A DNA stretch of 58,740 bases, the filler included, from Sphacelaria rigidula (taxonomy: Eukaryota), in the NCBI GenBank assembly GCA_964200075.2. It is 7 parts of 7 records of this genome, joined end to end, with 100 filler letters (N's around TTAATTAATTAA, not from the genome) between each part and the next. Parts side by side here need not be neighbours in the genome. Positions count along the whole stretch, not along the records: positions 33,626 to 41,930 come from CAXNAA020011586.1; positions 42,031 to 50,335 come from CAXNAA020011587.1; 5 more parts are not named here. One strand, given 5' to 3'. The notes beneath the pieces were generated by a model. It saw only the letters and a program-made list of their open reading frames with translations. It ran no database searches and had not been told where the DNA came from. The position numbers were made by a program, and so were the translations under genes. This document shows positions 35,163-47,891 of the stretch, piece after piece (position 1 is the first letter of the stretch; each line of letters starts with the position of its first letter).

Positions 35163-38100
35163 ATGGGAAAGACAACGATAGAAATACTGGATAGGGGTGA
35201 AGATACTCCGAGAACTAGTCTCATACCTCGCCCATCTTCCGCCGCTGAGACTACGACTGAAACTGTCACGCCGGGTGATGGATTCCGGGCGTCGACTTCG
35301 AAAGCTGTGTTCGACAATGCGCGGAAAGGCTCGCAGGTTCGACTTGTTGTTATCGCCATCCTTCTGCACTCTCTTGCGAGCCTACAATAATATGATCGTC
35401 TATCGCACGCATGCTGAAACAGATGGCAAAAAGTAATTATACTTGGGGTATTAAATCAGGAGTGTGTTCGTGGGGCCTGACTCTGGCGGAGGTGGGTTCT
35501 TGTTGCATCAGTTGAACAATTCAAGTTAGCTGAGGCTCGTTGGTGATGCTTTTCATCGGTAGCCACTGCTGCTTTTTGGAAAGACACCGGTGTTTCGCTC
35601 TGCCGTTGGTAATCAGAAGATGACTCTTGCAGTAGAACAGTGCGTGCCCTATTTGCTCTCTTTCGCTCTCAGGGACATCATCTTGCGGGACGAACCGAAA
35701 CCCCGGAGAGAAGATACACGAATTTCGATGGCTGTGTTTTTTTCGCTTGTAAAAACAATTGTGAGGCTTTGCGGTATATTCATCTCCATTGAAGCATACT
35801 TCAATGCTGTGTTTCCAGGCTGCAGTTTCAGCGGCATCGGGAGAGGATGAGCGGCGTTTCCGATCTCTGACGTTCCAGGACGAGGAGGGTAGGGTCAGGG
35901 ATGCAGTGGACGTATACGCGCATCGCAGTGAGGAGGGCCTCGGGGAAGGGCTACGTCGCCTAAGAGATGAACGGGACAGGTCAGATCCCGTCCTGCTGTG
36001 TGTCCACGTGACGGTACGACCGCATGGCGTGCAGATATTTACCATCATCAACGGGGACGGCTCCTGGAGTTCCCATTTTGTCAAGTGTTGGGGATAGCAA
36101 ATATGTGCGCACTTCGCCAATACAAGCAGTGACGTTCTCGTCCAGTGTTCCTTGTGGTTGACCGGTGCAAAGTCGCTTTGCACAGACCGCAGCAGCTATC
36201 ATGCAGTCGACTGACGAGTTGTGGATCAATCCGATTCTCTCCGTCCGCATTGCGACACCTCGAGAAATAATGTTTATGTGCATTGGTATCGACGAGAGTC
36301 ACACGGCCCGAAACGGCAGCGCTTCCAGCGAAACTGCAACGATCAATGATTGAATGGAACAAAACACGCAGGTAATCTGGGTGAAGACATTCAAAGATTC
36401 ATACACCTGCTGCAGAGCTGATTGCCAACCTTCGATTTCATGCGGCCGTACAGGTTAGCACGTATCGAAGAGGTACAACGGGAGGCATATCGGGCCTCCA
36501 AGCGACAGGATTTTCACCGCTTTGCCAGACGAAAGTGGCTCGCCAATGACCGAGCGGCGGTTGCCATTCAACGCGTTTTCCGGGGTCGCGTCGGGCGTCG
36601 GAGGGCAAGCTTAGCGACGGAAGCGCGTAAACTTGCTGGCGAAGCTCATGCGGAGTGGGTAGAGGCGAGGAACCAATCCCTTGTTTTTGCTCTCGCATTT
36701 CGGTAGAATTTTCGGTTTGGCTGCTCTTTTGGCACAGTTTATCTCGAATAACTCCGGACGTGCTACTCTTCGAGTTGGATCGACACGACAGTCACTGGGG
36801 TTTGTAAATTCTATCCAAGAGGATCTGTCGTGGTTGGAATCGGACAAAGTTTTGGATGTCGACTACTTGCCCGACCGCAACTCCGCACGGCCTGGCAGAC
36901 GAAACTATTTGCATGAACATGATCTCCATGTTTTTTGTCCATGGACGTTGTTTTGATACAATATGGCTGTGATACCTGTTGTCATCATCCTCTACCACTA
37001 TCCTCCGGACTGCAGGTCCGCGACCACGACCGCGGGGAGGCTTGGTACTTCAATCCTTTTACCGGCAAGAGTCAGTGGGACAGACCAGACTCCCTTCTCG
37101 GCACGATGACTCCTTCAGAAAAGGCGAGAAAAAGTACCGGTCTACGTAAAGAGCACGTTAGGTGTCACTGTCCCTCAGGCATGACGAGGAAACCATTGGT
37201 GGCGAACGTAGTTGGTAGCGTGCTGCGGAAGGTTCTGTCCCGTCCGTTGTTTTTCATGGTTTCGATGCGTCTCCTCGAGAACGGAGCTTGCTCTGAAAAC
37301 GCGAGAACACTGCGTGTCAGATGTAGTATCGCCTTGGACATCGAGAGCCAGTCGGACACCAAGGCCTGGTCGATGAACGCCAAAAGACCACCATTGGCTG
37401 ATTGTGCACGTGGTTATTGGTAATTTTCCGACTTGGTACCCTTTCCTCGCTCCTGCCTCTCCCCCGTCGGCCCCCCTTCACTTCCTCCCTCTCTTCTTGT
37501 CCCTCGACAAAAGGTTAAAACGCTGCCCTTGCTGGGACCGTCTTCGCCTTCGAAACACGGATCATCACCATCTCGAGCCCGACAGTACCCGCAAGCGATG
37601 CCAGACACCCTGTCGCAGATGACAGCTACAAGACATCATCCCGAGTACGTTGTTTCTGCGACAGCTGCTTCAACCGCGGCGATGCACGCTGTCAGTGGCA
37701 GTGCACCGGCGGGCCAAGAAAGTGGCAGCGGTGGCGGCAGTCGGCGAGCGCAAACAGCGCCAAGCTTTCCGCCTCTCATGAAAGGCTCTCGGCATAGCGT
37801 CTTGATTTCTCCCTCCACCGTACCCCCGTCTTCTGTTCTTGATAAGGACCTGGCGCCGTCATCCTTGAGAGTCGATGGAGGAAGTGGGAAAGGCGGGGTG
37901 GGGAAAATAGTAGGGGGTATTGTCAGGGGAGGCAAGTGGCAGAGAGAAGCGTGGGTTGGGGAGGGAGGGGAGCGAGAGGAAGAAGGCGAACAGTTCCCAT
38001 TTTTGACGGAGGAGGATGGTAAGGAGTTGCTGCTGCCGGATGATCGCTTCGAGGTATGTGTTGGATGTTTAGCGGCGTCTCCGCGTACCGTCCGATGGTT

Positions 38101-41100
38101 GTTAAAGTAGTGCAGGCGTTGATCTATTCTTCATGGTTTATTTGAAGTGTAAGTTACTCCGTTTTCATGAGCTCATCGGTTCTCGCTCAAAATCAAGGTT
38201 AACTTAGGTAAGATGCTCAGTTGGCACAGATTACATGTGAACGGATCGCAGAACACCGACCGAATGTCCAGGGTATGTTGTGGAGTACGACATCGTACAA
38301 ATCTTCCATCCTCCATCATGCGACCACGACTGGATTCCTGGGGGGTCAGTGGAAGTGCGACAAAAAACAAACCAAGAAAAAAACCCCAACATTGCGTTTG
38401 CTGCCACCAGTTTCTTCTAAGTGTGCCCGGTCAACAGCAGTAGCCGAGGAAAAATCACTTCCCGTGGCTGTCGGGCAATTACGGCGTTAAAAACGTCACC
38501 AAGGATTCGTCACGGTGTTTCGCCGCTGGCATTGTCACAGGAAACCGGCCTTGGGCTCACGCGAAAAGATCGAGATAACGACGAGTCCTCGCAGGATTCG
38601 GACGATGATCCCGCCAAAGCCAAGGGCTTCTTCCTAGCCGATGGAACGCCAAACGTTCGACTCCGGACGTGAGCTGGAAACAGATTTGTTAGTACAAAGA
38701 TTGTTGTTTTAACGGAGTCAAATCCTTGAAAAAATCGATAAAACACTTCCCTGGACAAGCACGCCGCGAACCGCAAATACACCGCAAAAAAAGTCTAGCC
38801 AAAGATATCGGAGCTATTGTAGACACGACCCTCTCAGACGGACAGAGCGCTCAGAAACATCATGCTCTCAAACCGGGAAATTCTCGAAACAACCGAAATT
38901 AGTACACCGCGTGCGCACTTAGAGCCTCATGAGCACTGCTACCTCCCCCTTCTCCCTCCCATTGCGTGATCTTCATCGATACCCTGACTCCACTTACAAC
39001 ACCGAATGCCTGTCTGATCAGTGTCAAACTTGATTCCGCATTTGAACCCACCCTCTGATTCCAACCATTATTATAGAAGCAAGTACGAGCGGTGTCAACC
39101 ACCCCCCCCCCCCCCCCGCGCGCGCTACACCTTACCTCATTCAACCCGGACTCCAAACGCGAGCCCTACCCCTTTTTCACTAGCCTCTGTGAGCCGATCA
39201 TTCCACTACTCGGCGGAATTGTTTCCAGGACAATCGCAAAGGCGCTGAGGGTGACAAAATTCGACTCAGTGTCTACGCTGCTTGCGGACTACACAGGCCG
39301 AAACGCGCAAAAACACCCCGCCTCCGCTGGCGGTGGAAACACCAACGACGCCGGAGCACCAGCAACAACTATGTTGCGTGACGCATCTCCGAGACAAAAG
39401 TCTCGTGCGGGCGCGTCGAGGTCCCTCGGGTCAGCAGGCCAGAAGCGTGGCAGGCGGCGTGATACCACCCCAGCGAGCGCCGAGGCTACGGCTGCGGGTA
39501 GCTCGTTCCCTACCCGTGACTCGGTGTACCCCAAAGGGAAACTGGAGAAGGATAAAGAGCCAGCGTTGTTTGCACCTTCTTTGGTTAAAGGTGTTGGCCG
39601 CCGAATGGTGTCTGTTATGAAAGCGGGCAAGACTGCTGCTTCCAGACGACACGGCAGTCGAGGTGTGTATGTGTATGTGTATGTGCATGTATGCAGGAGT
39701 GCATGCCGTTCCGTTGCTCGACACGGCATGAAAATGGATGGGACGCCACAACCAAGGGTTTATGCACACCGCGCAGGATTGATTGCCCGTGTGATTCGAG
39801 TACCGTGGGTAACCACGATCTGGTGACATCCGATGCCTGTCACAGACACTTGATAAACGTGTTCATGCTGTTTGCCGCCGCGCCCCGGTGGTGTAATGTA
39901 AATTATTTTCACGGTCCGACTGTCACCTTTAGGGTGGAGAGAATGTGGGTTCGACTTCCGCCAGATGCGTTTCTTTTTTTACTTCGATTTATCTGGTTTC
40001 CACCGTCGAAAGCGTGAGTGTTTGAGTGAACAAAAGGTTGTTGACTGAGTTTGTTCGACGAGAATTGATGCGATGCGGGAGTGCCGGTGGTCATGATCCA
40101 ACCCGCGAGATCAACATGCAAGGCGTGTACTGGGGAGAGATGGGTTGATCCCTGGAGACCGCGGGCTCGTCCCGAGGAAGGAGAGAGGGGTTCAAAGTGC
40201 GACAAATAAAAAATAAAATAAATGAATGTCCCGCTTCACTGCTATCTTATGCCTATTTGCACAGATCGGGAAGAATATCTCACTTCGACGCGATAAACTT
40301 CAGAGCGCCTTTCAACCATACACTGTCCAGAACAGTGGCCGTAGCGACGTAGGTACACTAGCAGGGTTAAAGTGGGAGAACTCATCGTTTGAGAGTGTGG
40401 GGATGTTTGGGATGGGCGATTCAGACACCTCATTTTGGTGTGTGCTAACTTCTGAGTATGTACTGTCTAGCTGGTATAGTGACACGGAGGCAGACACGTC
40501 GTAGCTCACGCTCATGGTCCTCTTTTTCAGGGGACATGTCGCAGGAAACGGTCAGCGAACGAGCATTACCCCTGCCCATCTCAGAGACTTCCGGTTTCAA
40601 GCGGACTTGTTGTCGGCATGCCATCGCTCTGTCCTACACCAATACTTGATAGCCCAGTGTACCCCCGTCGATGCGTCATAATCCAGGAATGCCCCGACGG
40701 GCCAAAACAGCAGCAAACGTAGGCGGTGGCGCAGCTCTAAAGGGGCTCGCAATACGAGATCTCACGGCCCCAGGGTTTCTACCTCCGCCGGAGGGGGTCG
40801 ATCCACAATCGGAAGGAGGCGGTACCGAAGTAGACAACAAAACTGGGGACGGAACGGAACCGTTCCCGTGTGCTAAAAACGCTGCTGGTGTGAGTGACGC
40901 CGCAGCGAGCACAGGGCAAGCAACAGAAAAAACCAAGGTTAAAGAAATATGTTTCAACTGCTGGAGCAAGGGGAACGGACAGACGTGTACGCTGCACGCG
41001 GGGGCTACAGCGGCAGCTGCGACCGTAGCGAGACGGGGACAGGCGGGTGGTGCGAGGCCGGCGGAAAGCACCCTCATGTGCAAAAATTGGGATTTGGGGG

Positions 41101-41135
41101 TTATGCGAAGACGTTACCGCGCTGAGGAGTTACAG
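35163..41135 (+). CDS. IQ-motif + WW-domain protein with a Cys/His cluster, 5' eight exons; 3' part lies off the contig
   Basis: Phase-consistent exons 35163-35336, 35819-35979, 36454-36664, 37016-37123, 37514-38053, 38541-38668, 39229-39662, 40687-41135. IQ: AAVAIQRVFRGRVGRR. WW: EWVE|VRDHDRGEAWYFNPFTGKSQWDRP. Cys cluster: ICFNCWSKGNGQTCTLH. Two donors are GC. Confidence 0.8.
39874..40226 (+). mobile_element. tRNA-derived SINE (intronic)
   Basis: A-box-like ggtggtgtaatg and B-box-like gggttcgact; body homologous to 47092-47420; ends ggttcaaagtgcgacaaataaaaaataaaataaatg. Confidence 0.75.
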
Positions 41136-41432
41136 GTAACACGATAGCGGTGATACCCGCTGGGTAAAAGAGGAGGGGGGCGGAGTTGAGAGGTCAGTCG
41201 AGCCATGGATAATCTCTGAGGCAATTTATCGTCGCATGAAAATGTTCGGGGAATGACTGTGAGTGTATGTTGATGGGCAGTGGGCTTTTGTGAAAAAAAA
41301 GAATATATTGGATAATGTGTTTTGTGCCTGCTGTTTATCGTGTCGTTTCGCGCGTGATTTGAATGCTGTATCGTTATCAGCCTTTGCCGTTTCGCAGATA
41401 GGTGTTGCTCGTGTTGCTCCACGCCAGGTGCT

Positions 41433-41465
<33 letters not shown>

Positions 41466-42030
41466 TTGCTCTCGCTGATCTTCTTCCTCCCCTTAACAAT
41501 TACTGTGCGTTTGTACTTTTTCGTTGTNNNNNNNNNNGATTTTGGTGGGGTTTTTGTAGTCGCCCTTTGCGGTGGCGGGAGGGGTGTGTGGCGTGTTTGG
41601 TCGCGCCAAGGGGGTCCCCCCCCCCCCCCCCCGTCTTCGTACTATGAAGCGTTCGGCACTTTTTGCGTACGAAAATCAGTCCACTTTAGCTTCAGTCTTT
41701 CGCCGGTGTCGTTGTCATCCTCCAATCAATCAAGCAAACAAACAAGAAGTTCGTCACGACATGAAAGCACCATTTCGTTGATGTGTCACGGAAGAAGATG
41801 AGAATCACAGATGACCAGCCTGTGCGTGGGCCTTTACGCAGGATCGAGCCATCCCACCGTCCTGGGCTGGGGGGGTGTACTCATGATCTTGCATACCGTA
41901 GTCATGACCATCTGGGGCCGGGGGCGGGGGNNNNNNNNNNNNNNNNNNNNNNNNNNNNNNNNNNNNNNNNNNNNTTAATTAATTAANNNNNNNNNNNNNN
42001 NNNNNNNNNNNNNNNNNNNNNNNNNNNNNN

Positions 42031-45000
42031 ATGAGATAAGGGGCTCCTAACAAATCTAACCTCAGAAATTATTTCTGTACCCCTACCGTAGCATCACTCT
42101 ACTTTGCTTCCCTGATTGGGAGGCAGTACAAGATGGCTCCCGCCTTTTCCAACTCCACACTGACACCAGCACATATGGATTTGGAGGAGTTTCGAATCAA
42201 CCTCAGGTTGATGGCTCTGTCCGACCCATCCTTTATATCAGCCGCGCTGCCCTGCCCAAGGAGGCCAATCGGAGCCGCTAGAACTGGAAGGCGGAGTAAT
42301 CACTTGGGCCATTGAGCGCCTTCGACAATATCTTTTTCACGTGCCCTTCGAAATCTATACGGATCACGGAGAACTTGAACAACTCGCCAAGGTTGGCGAA
42401 CACAACCCTCGTGTACAACGATGGTTGGAGTTTCTAACAGCATACCAGTATACCATTAAGCCCCGTCTGGGCAAACCAACGGGAACGCCTATCTTCTTTC
42501 CCGCCTACCTCTGCCACCTACGACCGCAGATTCCAACCCAGCTTGCCGTTTAACGGAACCCGATGAACCTGGAATTTACGCGATTAGACGTTTTTCAACG
42601 CCCGTTTACGCCCTCGACCTACAGCGCCCAGAAACCGGTATGCATATGGGAGGACCTCGTCCTCTACCATATGGTGCCGTCTTGGGTGGGTTAAAGCCCA
42701 CTACCTCCGATTTTGTCGATTTTCGCACTTTCGGTACTTGCGCGAAACTCTTCGCGGAGACACCTCCCGTCACCCACCTTATCTCCGACGACACGTGCTC
42801 CCGGTCTGCCGCCCGCACCACACCGAGTGCCCCGCCGTCATCAACAACACCTGCAACCTCTATGAGCCACCCAGCACAAGTTCCACGGACCAACACGCAA
42901 AGTTCCGCGAAAACTTATGCACCGTGCGCCACGAGCCGCGGACAATCTTCGCCGCGCACTGATACAACCCCGCCGCCCATCACGGCGCCGCCAACATCTA
43001 CTGCTCCCGAGCACGGCACTGACGACTTAGCTCCTGCTCCCGGGGCAGATATTGACGTCGGCATTTCTGCCCCGTCGTCTATCCCCCCGCCGCCTGCCCC
43101 ACCATGTTTGGTCGGCTCGCCAGCGGAAGGTCAACTACGCGAGTTTCTTGTCAGCTACTCCCACCGCGATTGGGCTCGCGAACAAAACGCAGAACCGCTA
43201 TGTCGCGCAGCCATCCAATACTTACAACTCGACTGTCCAGCCTCTTTTCCATCCACACTTCTGGCCCCGGTTGGCACACTGCCGCCACCAGTTATTGCTG
43301 ACGTATACGAGCTCATGCGTCAAGGCACCCTTTTTACTACGGATGAAGGTGTGCAACTACTCCTACGTCGGCCCATGCCTTTGACAGGCGCAATTGCCGC
43401 CTCAACTACGGGACGCACCGCACGACTACTCAATGACGAACCAACGCGCATATATGTGCCATTATTAACGCGCCCCTGGGTCATGAAAGGCTGCCACACA
43501 GACTTGTCATGTCACCTTGGCGTCACCCGCACCCTCGTGCTCTTGGAACGCTTTTACTGGTGGGTTAGCATGGAAATTTCAACCCGCTTCTGGATTCGGA
43601 GATGCTTTAAATGCCAAGCCCGAAAAACTCTACGACAGACAGTACGCTGGTCTGTCATTTCTATCGGACTCCCCGACGAGCCCGGCCACCTTGTGTCCTT
43701 TGGCTACTTCGATCCTCTACCGACCACAGGTCGCGGCAACAACTACAACTTACTCTTCATTGACCGCTCTAGCCGCCACGCGTCCATGTACGTGGTAACT
43801 GCCGCAGATTTCACTGCCGGCGGAACGGCCGACATACTGGTCCACGATTACATTAAGCACTACGGTTGTCCAAAGCGACTACTTCTAGACAATGATCAGC
43901 AATTTTGCTCAGATCTCTCTGATGAGCTTTACAAGCTTCTAGGCATCCGCAAAATTGCCACGAGCGCCTACCACCCGAACGGTAACGGTGGTACCGAAAG
44001 AGTTGATCACACCATTGCCCAGATGCTCTCTATGGTTGTCAATGACCGCCAAAATGGCTGGAACCTGCATCTCTCGCACATCATGTTGTCCTACAACAAC
44101 TCGGTTAATGCCGCCACAGGCCTTTCTCCGAACGAACTCCATCTTGGACGTTACCCTCGGCTGCCTATCACCGTGTTTTAGCGACACACGTTCGACGGCC
44201 ACCAAGGATTGGATCAGGATCAGATATCCTACCACGAGCTAGCTCATGCACGACAACGCAAAGCGTTCACCCTCCTGTGCGAGCAGCACACTATCAACGC
44301 CTCGCGCCTGGAGAGATCTAACACTGCTCTCTACAACCTCATGCACGAATGCCCTAACTGGAAAGTTGGTGATTGGGTCTGGAACTACAGCATTTTGTCG
44401 ACCATCCGCCAAGGCACCAGCAAGGTAGCCAACGAAACAATTTTGAAGACAAAGTTAACCCTCAATTGGACAGGACCATTCAAGATCCCGACAGTCGGAC
44501 CATCGTCATCATCACCGGATGAAAAACCCGTTGGTGGCAAACTGTTCTATCTCGACTTGCCTCGTGACTTCCAGGGCAAAGACACCAACCCCGCGTCTCC
44601 GTGCACAGATGCAAACCCTGCACGAACCCGCACGATCCAAGTGACATGCCCAAGTACCTGCCTGCCCGACTCACACTGTGTGTTCTCAACAGCTACTCGA
44701 CCAAGTCCCCGCCCTACCACGTTACAACCGACGACGTGACGGAACAGCTCCTTCGATTGACAGTGTCCTCCATTTCCGGCCACCAGATAACCCGTGGTCA
44801 AGGAGGCCAGATCGCAGTCATGTAAAAGACACACTGGCACGGTCTTCGGAGAGCGTCTTGGGAACGCGGATCTGACCTACAATTGCATCGCCGTGCAATC
44901 CTCCTTCACTGGACGCAATCCCAACATTAGCATCTTGCTTACAATACGAAATATCGCAACATGCGCCGTGGCGCAGCAGCCCGCGAACTTCACCGCAACC

Positions 45001-45350
45001 AGGGACTACGCTTCGTCGCCGATGGTTACAAACGTGTACCCACCAAGACTTGCACGACGAAGTTCTTCGCAAACCAGCGAATCCTGCCCAAGGGCAGCTA
45101 CCTTTGGTTCAAAGGCAGCGACAACCTCTGGTGGTTGGGTCAGACTCACTCCGCTAACCTGGTTTCGGCCGACACATAAATCGTGCGCTTCATCGATGGC
45201 CCTGGACCCATCCAGCTCAAGCTTCGGCCAGCACTATACACCCCCAGCCCATCTGTACCACGTGGATCCTGGTGTCTCCAGCGCCTCAAGTCCAAAGGAC
45301 TTCGCCGCGGTCTCCAGCGCAACATCGACCATACCCACGACGTCCACGCC
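42031..45350 (+). mobile_element. Decayed Ty3/Gypsy LTR retrotransposon pol (RNase H, integrase, chromodomain)
   Basis: RNase H: FEIYTDH...RVQRWLEFL. Integrase zinc finger: CHTDLSCHLGVTRT...CFKCQARK. Core: LLLDNDQQF...SAYHPNGNGGTERVDHT. GPF motif: NWTGPFKI. Chromo-like: VSSISGHQITRGQGGQIAVM*KTHWHGLRRASWERGSDL. Multiple stops and frameshifts; no LTR pair visible. Confidence 0.93.
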
Positions 45351-46967
45351 CCACTTTGAACTCCGCTTCTTTGTCGCTACTGTTGCCCTATCCCCATTTG
45401 TTTCCGTACGCATTGTCTGCCCTCCCTTCTCCAACAGGATCGTCTTTTACGACACCACAACAGCGCGACCTACATCGGACGACGATCAAGAATTACTGAG
45501 ACGACCACTACCTACGACTACTGGAGCTATAGTATTCCCTTCAACTGGCGCTCGATCTCGTTGGACCACCGATTTTCTGATTTTTGATCTTGTAGTTTTT
45601 AGCACCTTTGGATTCCCCCAGGTTGAGCTCTGCTCCCTGTTGTACCTTTGGATTTCCCCCAGGTTAAAGCCCTGCTCCATGCTGTACCTCCCTGTCTTCC
45701 CCCCCTAAATTTTGCTTGGACACCGAAACAATTTGTGCTTCTTCGTTGATCGCTAGCACGCCGAAGCAGTTTGTGCTTCCGCGTTTCGGAGCAGTTTTTT
45801 CTGCTCCTTGAAGCAGTCTACGCTTCCCTTCTTTTGAGGTGTGGGAGTGGGTACAGGATTGTTGGTACGAGAGTGTCAGGTACGGGAGTGTCTCCTTAGG
45901 TATGCTGTTATAGCCGCTCATGACTTTAGGAGTGAAGAAGAACATTAGTTTTCGCTGCTTGAGGATAAATCCTCGCAGCTGTGATAAAGGTTCGTCTGGG
46001 TGGGTTAGTGTCATGAAGACGCATATTAGCCTGTTGTCATGCCGCTTCAGACCCGTTATCGAGTCTGGCTATTTGCCTTCTGGGGTTTCGGTAGCCAAGA
46101 CTGCAGGCCTGTTCAGAGTTGGTCGGGTACGAATGTGAACCTGTAAATTACAGAGATGATACTGGCTTTGTTCGCTGAACACGAACAAAGCTCACACCAT
46201 CGATCACTATCTACTGCTCCACTACTGCCTCCCAGCAGAAAGAAGTCTAAGCATCGGTGAGGCATATTTGGGTTGGATTGATTGATTGGATACTGGAGTT
46301 AGAAACAAGACAATCAAAGGGAAGTTAGAACCACCGCGTGAAACACTTGTCTGACCTTTGGACGCTGAGCCTGTGTACCTCATCTGCAAGCTGTAGCAGC
46401 CTGACGGTTGTGCACTTGCCTCGTGAGGCTGTGCCTTGGATTGCAAGCTGTGTCCTTGCAATAATAGCCCTTCAGCTCTTCATTACAAAACCACGCCCGT
46501 TGGGAAGCCGGAGTTGCCAGCTTTCCTTCTGTGTGCCCGGCTCACATCATCATAATGTGTCTTCTCATTGATTTTGTCCGAGGATTGCGAAGAAAAGATC
46601 GCGAAACAGTGTGTGGCTAAAATTATTTTTTCGTACAGCACACACTCACGCCGCTCACGTGCTGCAGCTTTCACTGCACTGTGTTGCGTTTAGATCGTAA
46701 GTTTTGAACGGCTCCCACAAGCCTTTTCCTTAGTTGCGTCTTACAGGCTGATTTGCGCTTTTCGCCCAAAATTCACTCATCAGCGAATAATTTCCGTAAT
46801 GCCTACCCACTAGTAGTTGTGACATCATACTAACAGTCGGGGACAACTGCACACGCGGCCAATCGGCTCCTCGTTGAAATCCCTCCATCGCGATTGTTTT
46901 CCTCTAGAGGGCAACATGGCCCTCTGGAGGATGACTTACTCTCTTGGAGGGTTATATTACCCCTGGA

Positions 46968-47083
46968 GCTAATGGCCATACCACGTCGATAGCACAACAT
47001 CCCGTTGACTCTGCGAAGTTCAGCGGCGTTGGACCAGGGTAGTATTACGATGTGGGACCACGTTAGAAGCCTTTATGCTGTTT
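46968..47083 (+). pseudogene. 5S rRNA-derived degenerate copy
   Basis: ggccataccacgtcgatagcacaacatcccg...ctctgcgaagttcagcggcgt...ccagggtagtattacgatgtgggaccacgttagaagcc...tgctgtt followed by a T-run. Matches 5S rRNA layout and length with many substitutions. Confidence 0.8.
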
Positions 47084-47091
47084 TTTGCACT

Positions 47092-47420
47092 GCCGCCATA
47101 CCCCGGTGGTGAAATGGTCTGGCTGTCGCCACTAGGGTGGAGAGAACGAGGGTTCGATCCCCGATGCGTCGGGTTTTTTATCCGCAATGTCTAACTTTCG
47201 CCGTGGAAAGCGCGAGAACGTGAGTAAACAAGGGAGTCGACTGAGTTTGTTTGACGTGAGTTGACGCGGCGCGGAAGTGTTGACCCAATCCGTGACAAAA
47301 AAATGCAAGGCGTATACCGGAGGCGACATGGGTGTATCCTTCGGGACCACGGACTCATCTCGAGGAAGGGGAGAGGTTCAAAGTGCGACAAATATATAAC
47401 ATATAATGAACAAATGAAAA
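47092..47420 (+). mobile_element. tRNA-derived SINE
   Basis: ggtggtgaaatgg (A box), gggttcgatccc (B box), tail ggttcaaagtgcgacaaat; homologous to 39874-40226. Confidence 0.78.
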
Positions 47421-47600
47421 TATGAATAGTGTTGAAGTTAACGATGCATACGAGTGGGTCACTGCGGCGAAGAACATGAGCAAATCGGATATTATTTGTG
47501 TTGTGTGTATTGTCGTCTCATCTATTCTGAACGCCGGCCTACACCTTTCGGTGTACGTCGGCGCATCAGCCAGGGTCACACAGGAGGAAGATCAACACAG

Positions 47601-47857
47601 AACAGGGGATTCTATGAAATGAGTTTGATCAATGAAATGAGGTTTGAGGAGGCTAGCCAGTATGCGACAAAAACCCGAGGGAAGTATCGTCCGCAAGTGC
47701 CTTCGATCGATACCGGGGGGAGGGGGGGGGGCGCACCCATTTGTTGCTTGCCTCAGTCGTTTGACTATTGACTTTTCGAGANNNNNNNNNNGAGGGGAGT
47801 AGGGGGAAACAAAAAACAAAAGCAAGAAACCCGGGGAGGGGGGGCCGGCCCAACGGG

Positions 47858-47891
<34 letters not shown>

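Noticed and set aside
39874..39965. Functional tRNA gene (also 47092-47170)
   Set aside because: A and B boxes are present, but there is no clean cloverleaf and the sequence continues into a shared SINE body and tail.
44794..45708. 304-aa Ser/Thr-rich ORF as an env-like or extra gene
   Set aside because: It is an alternative frame overlapping the chromodomain tail of pol, with no independent motif.
45664..46140. Possible minus-strand exon
   Set aside because: It has an acceptor-like site but an in-frame stop and no recognisable product.
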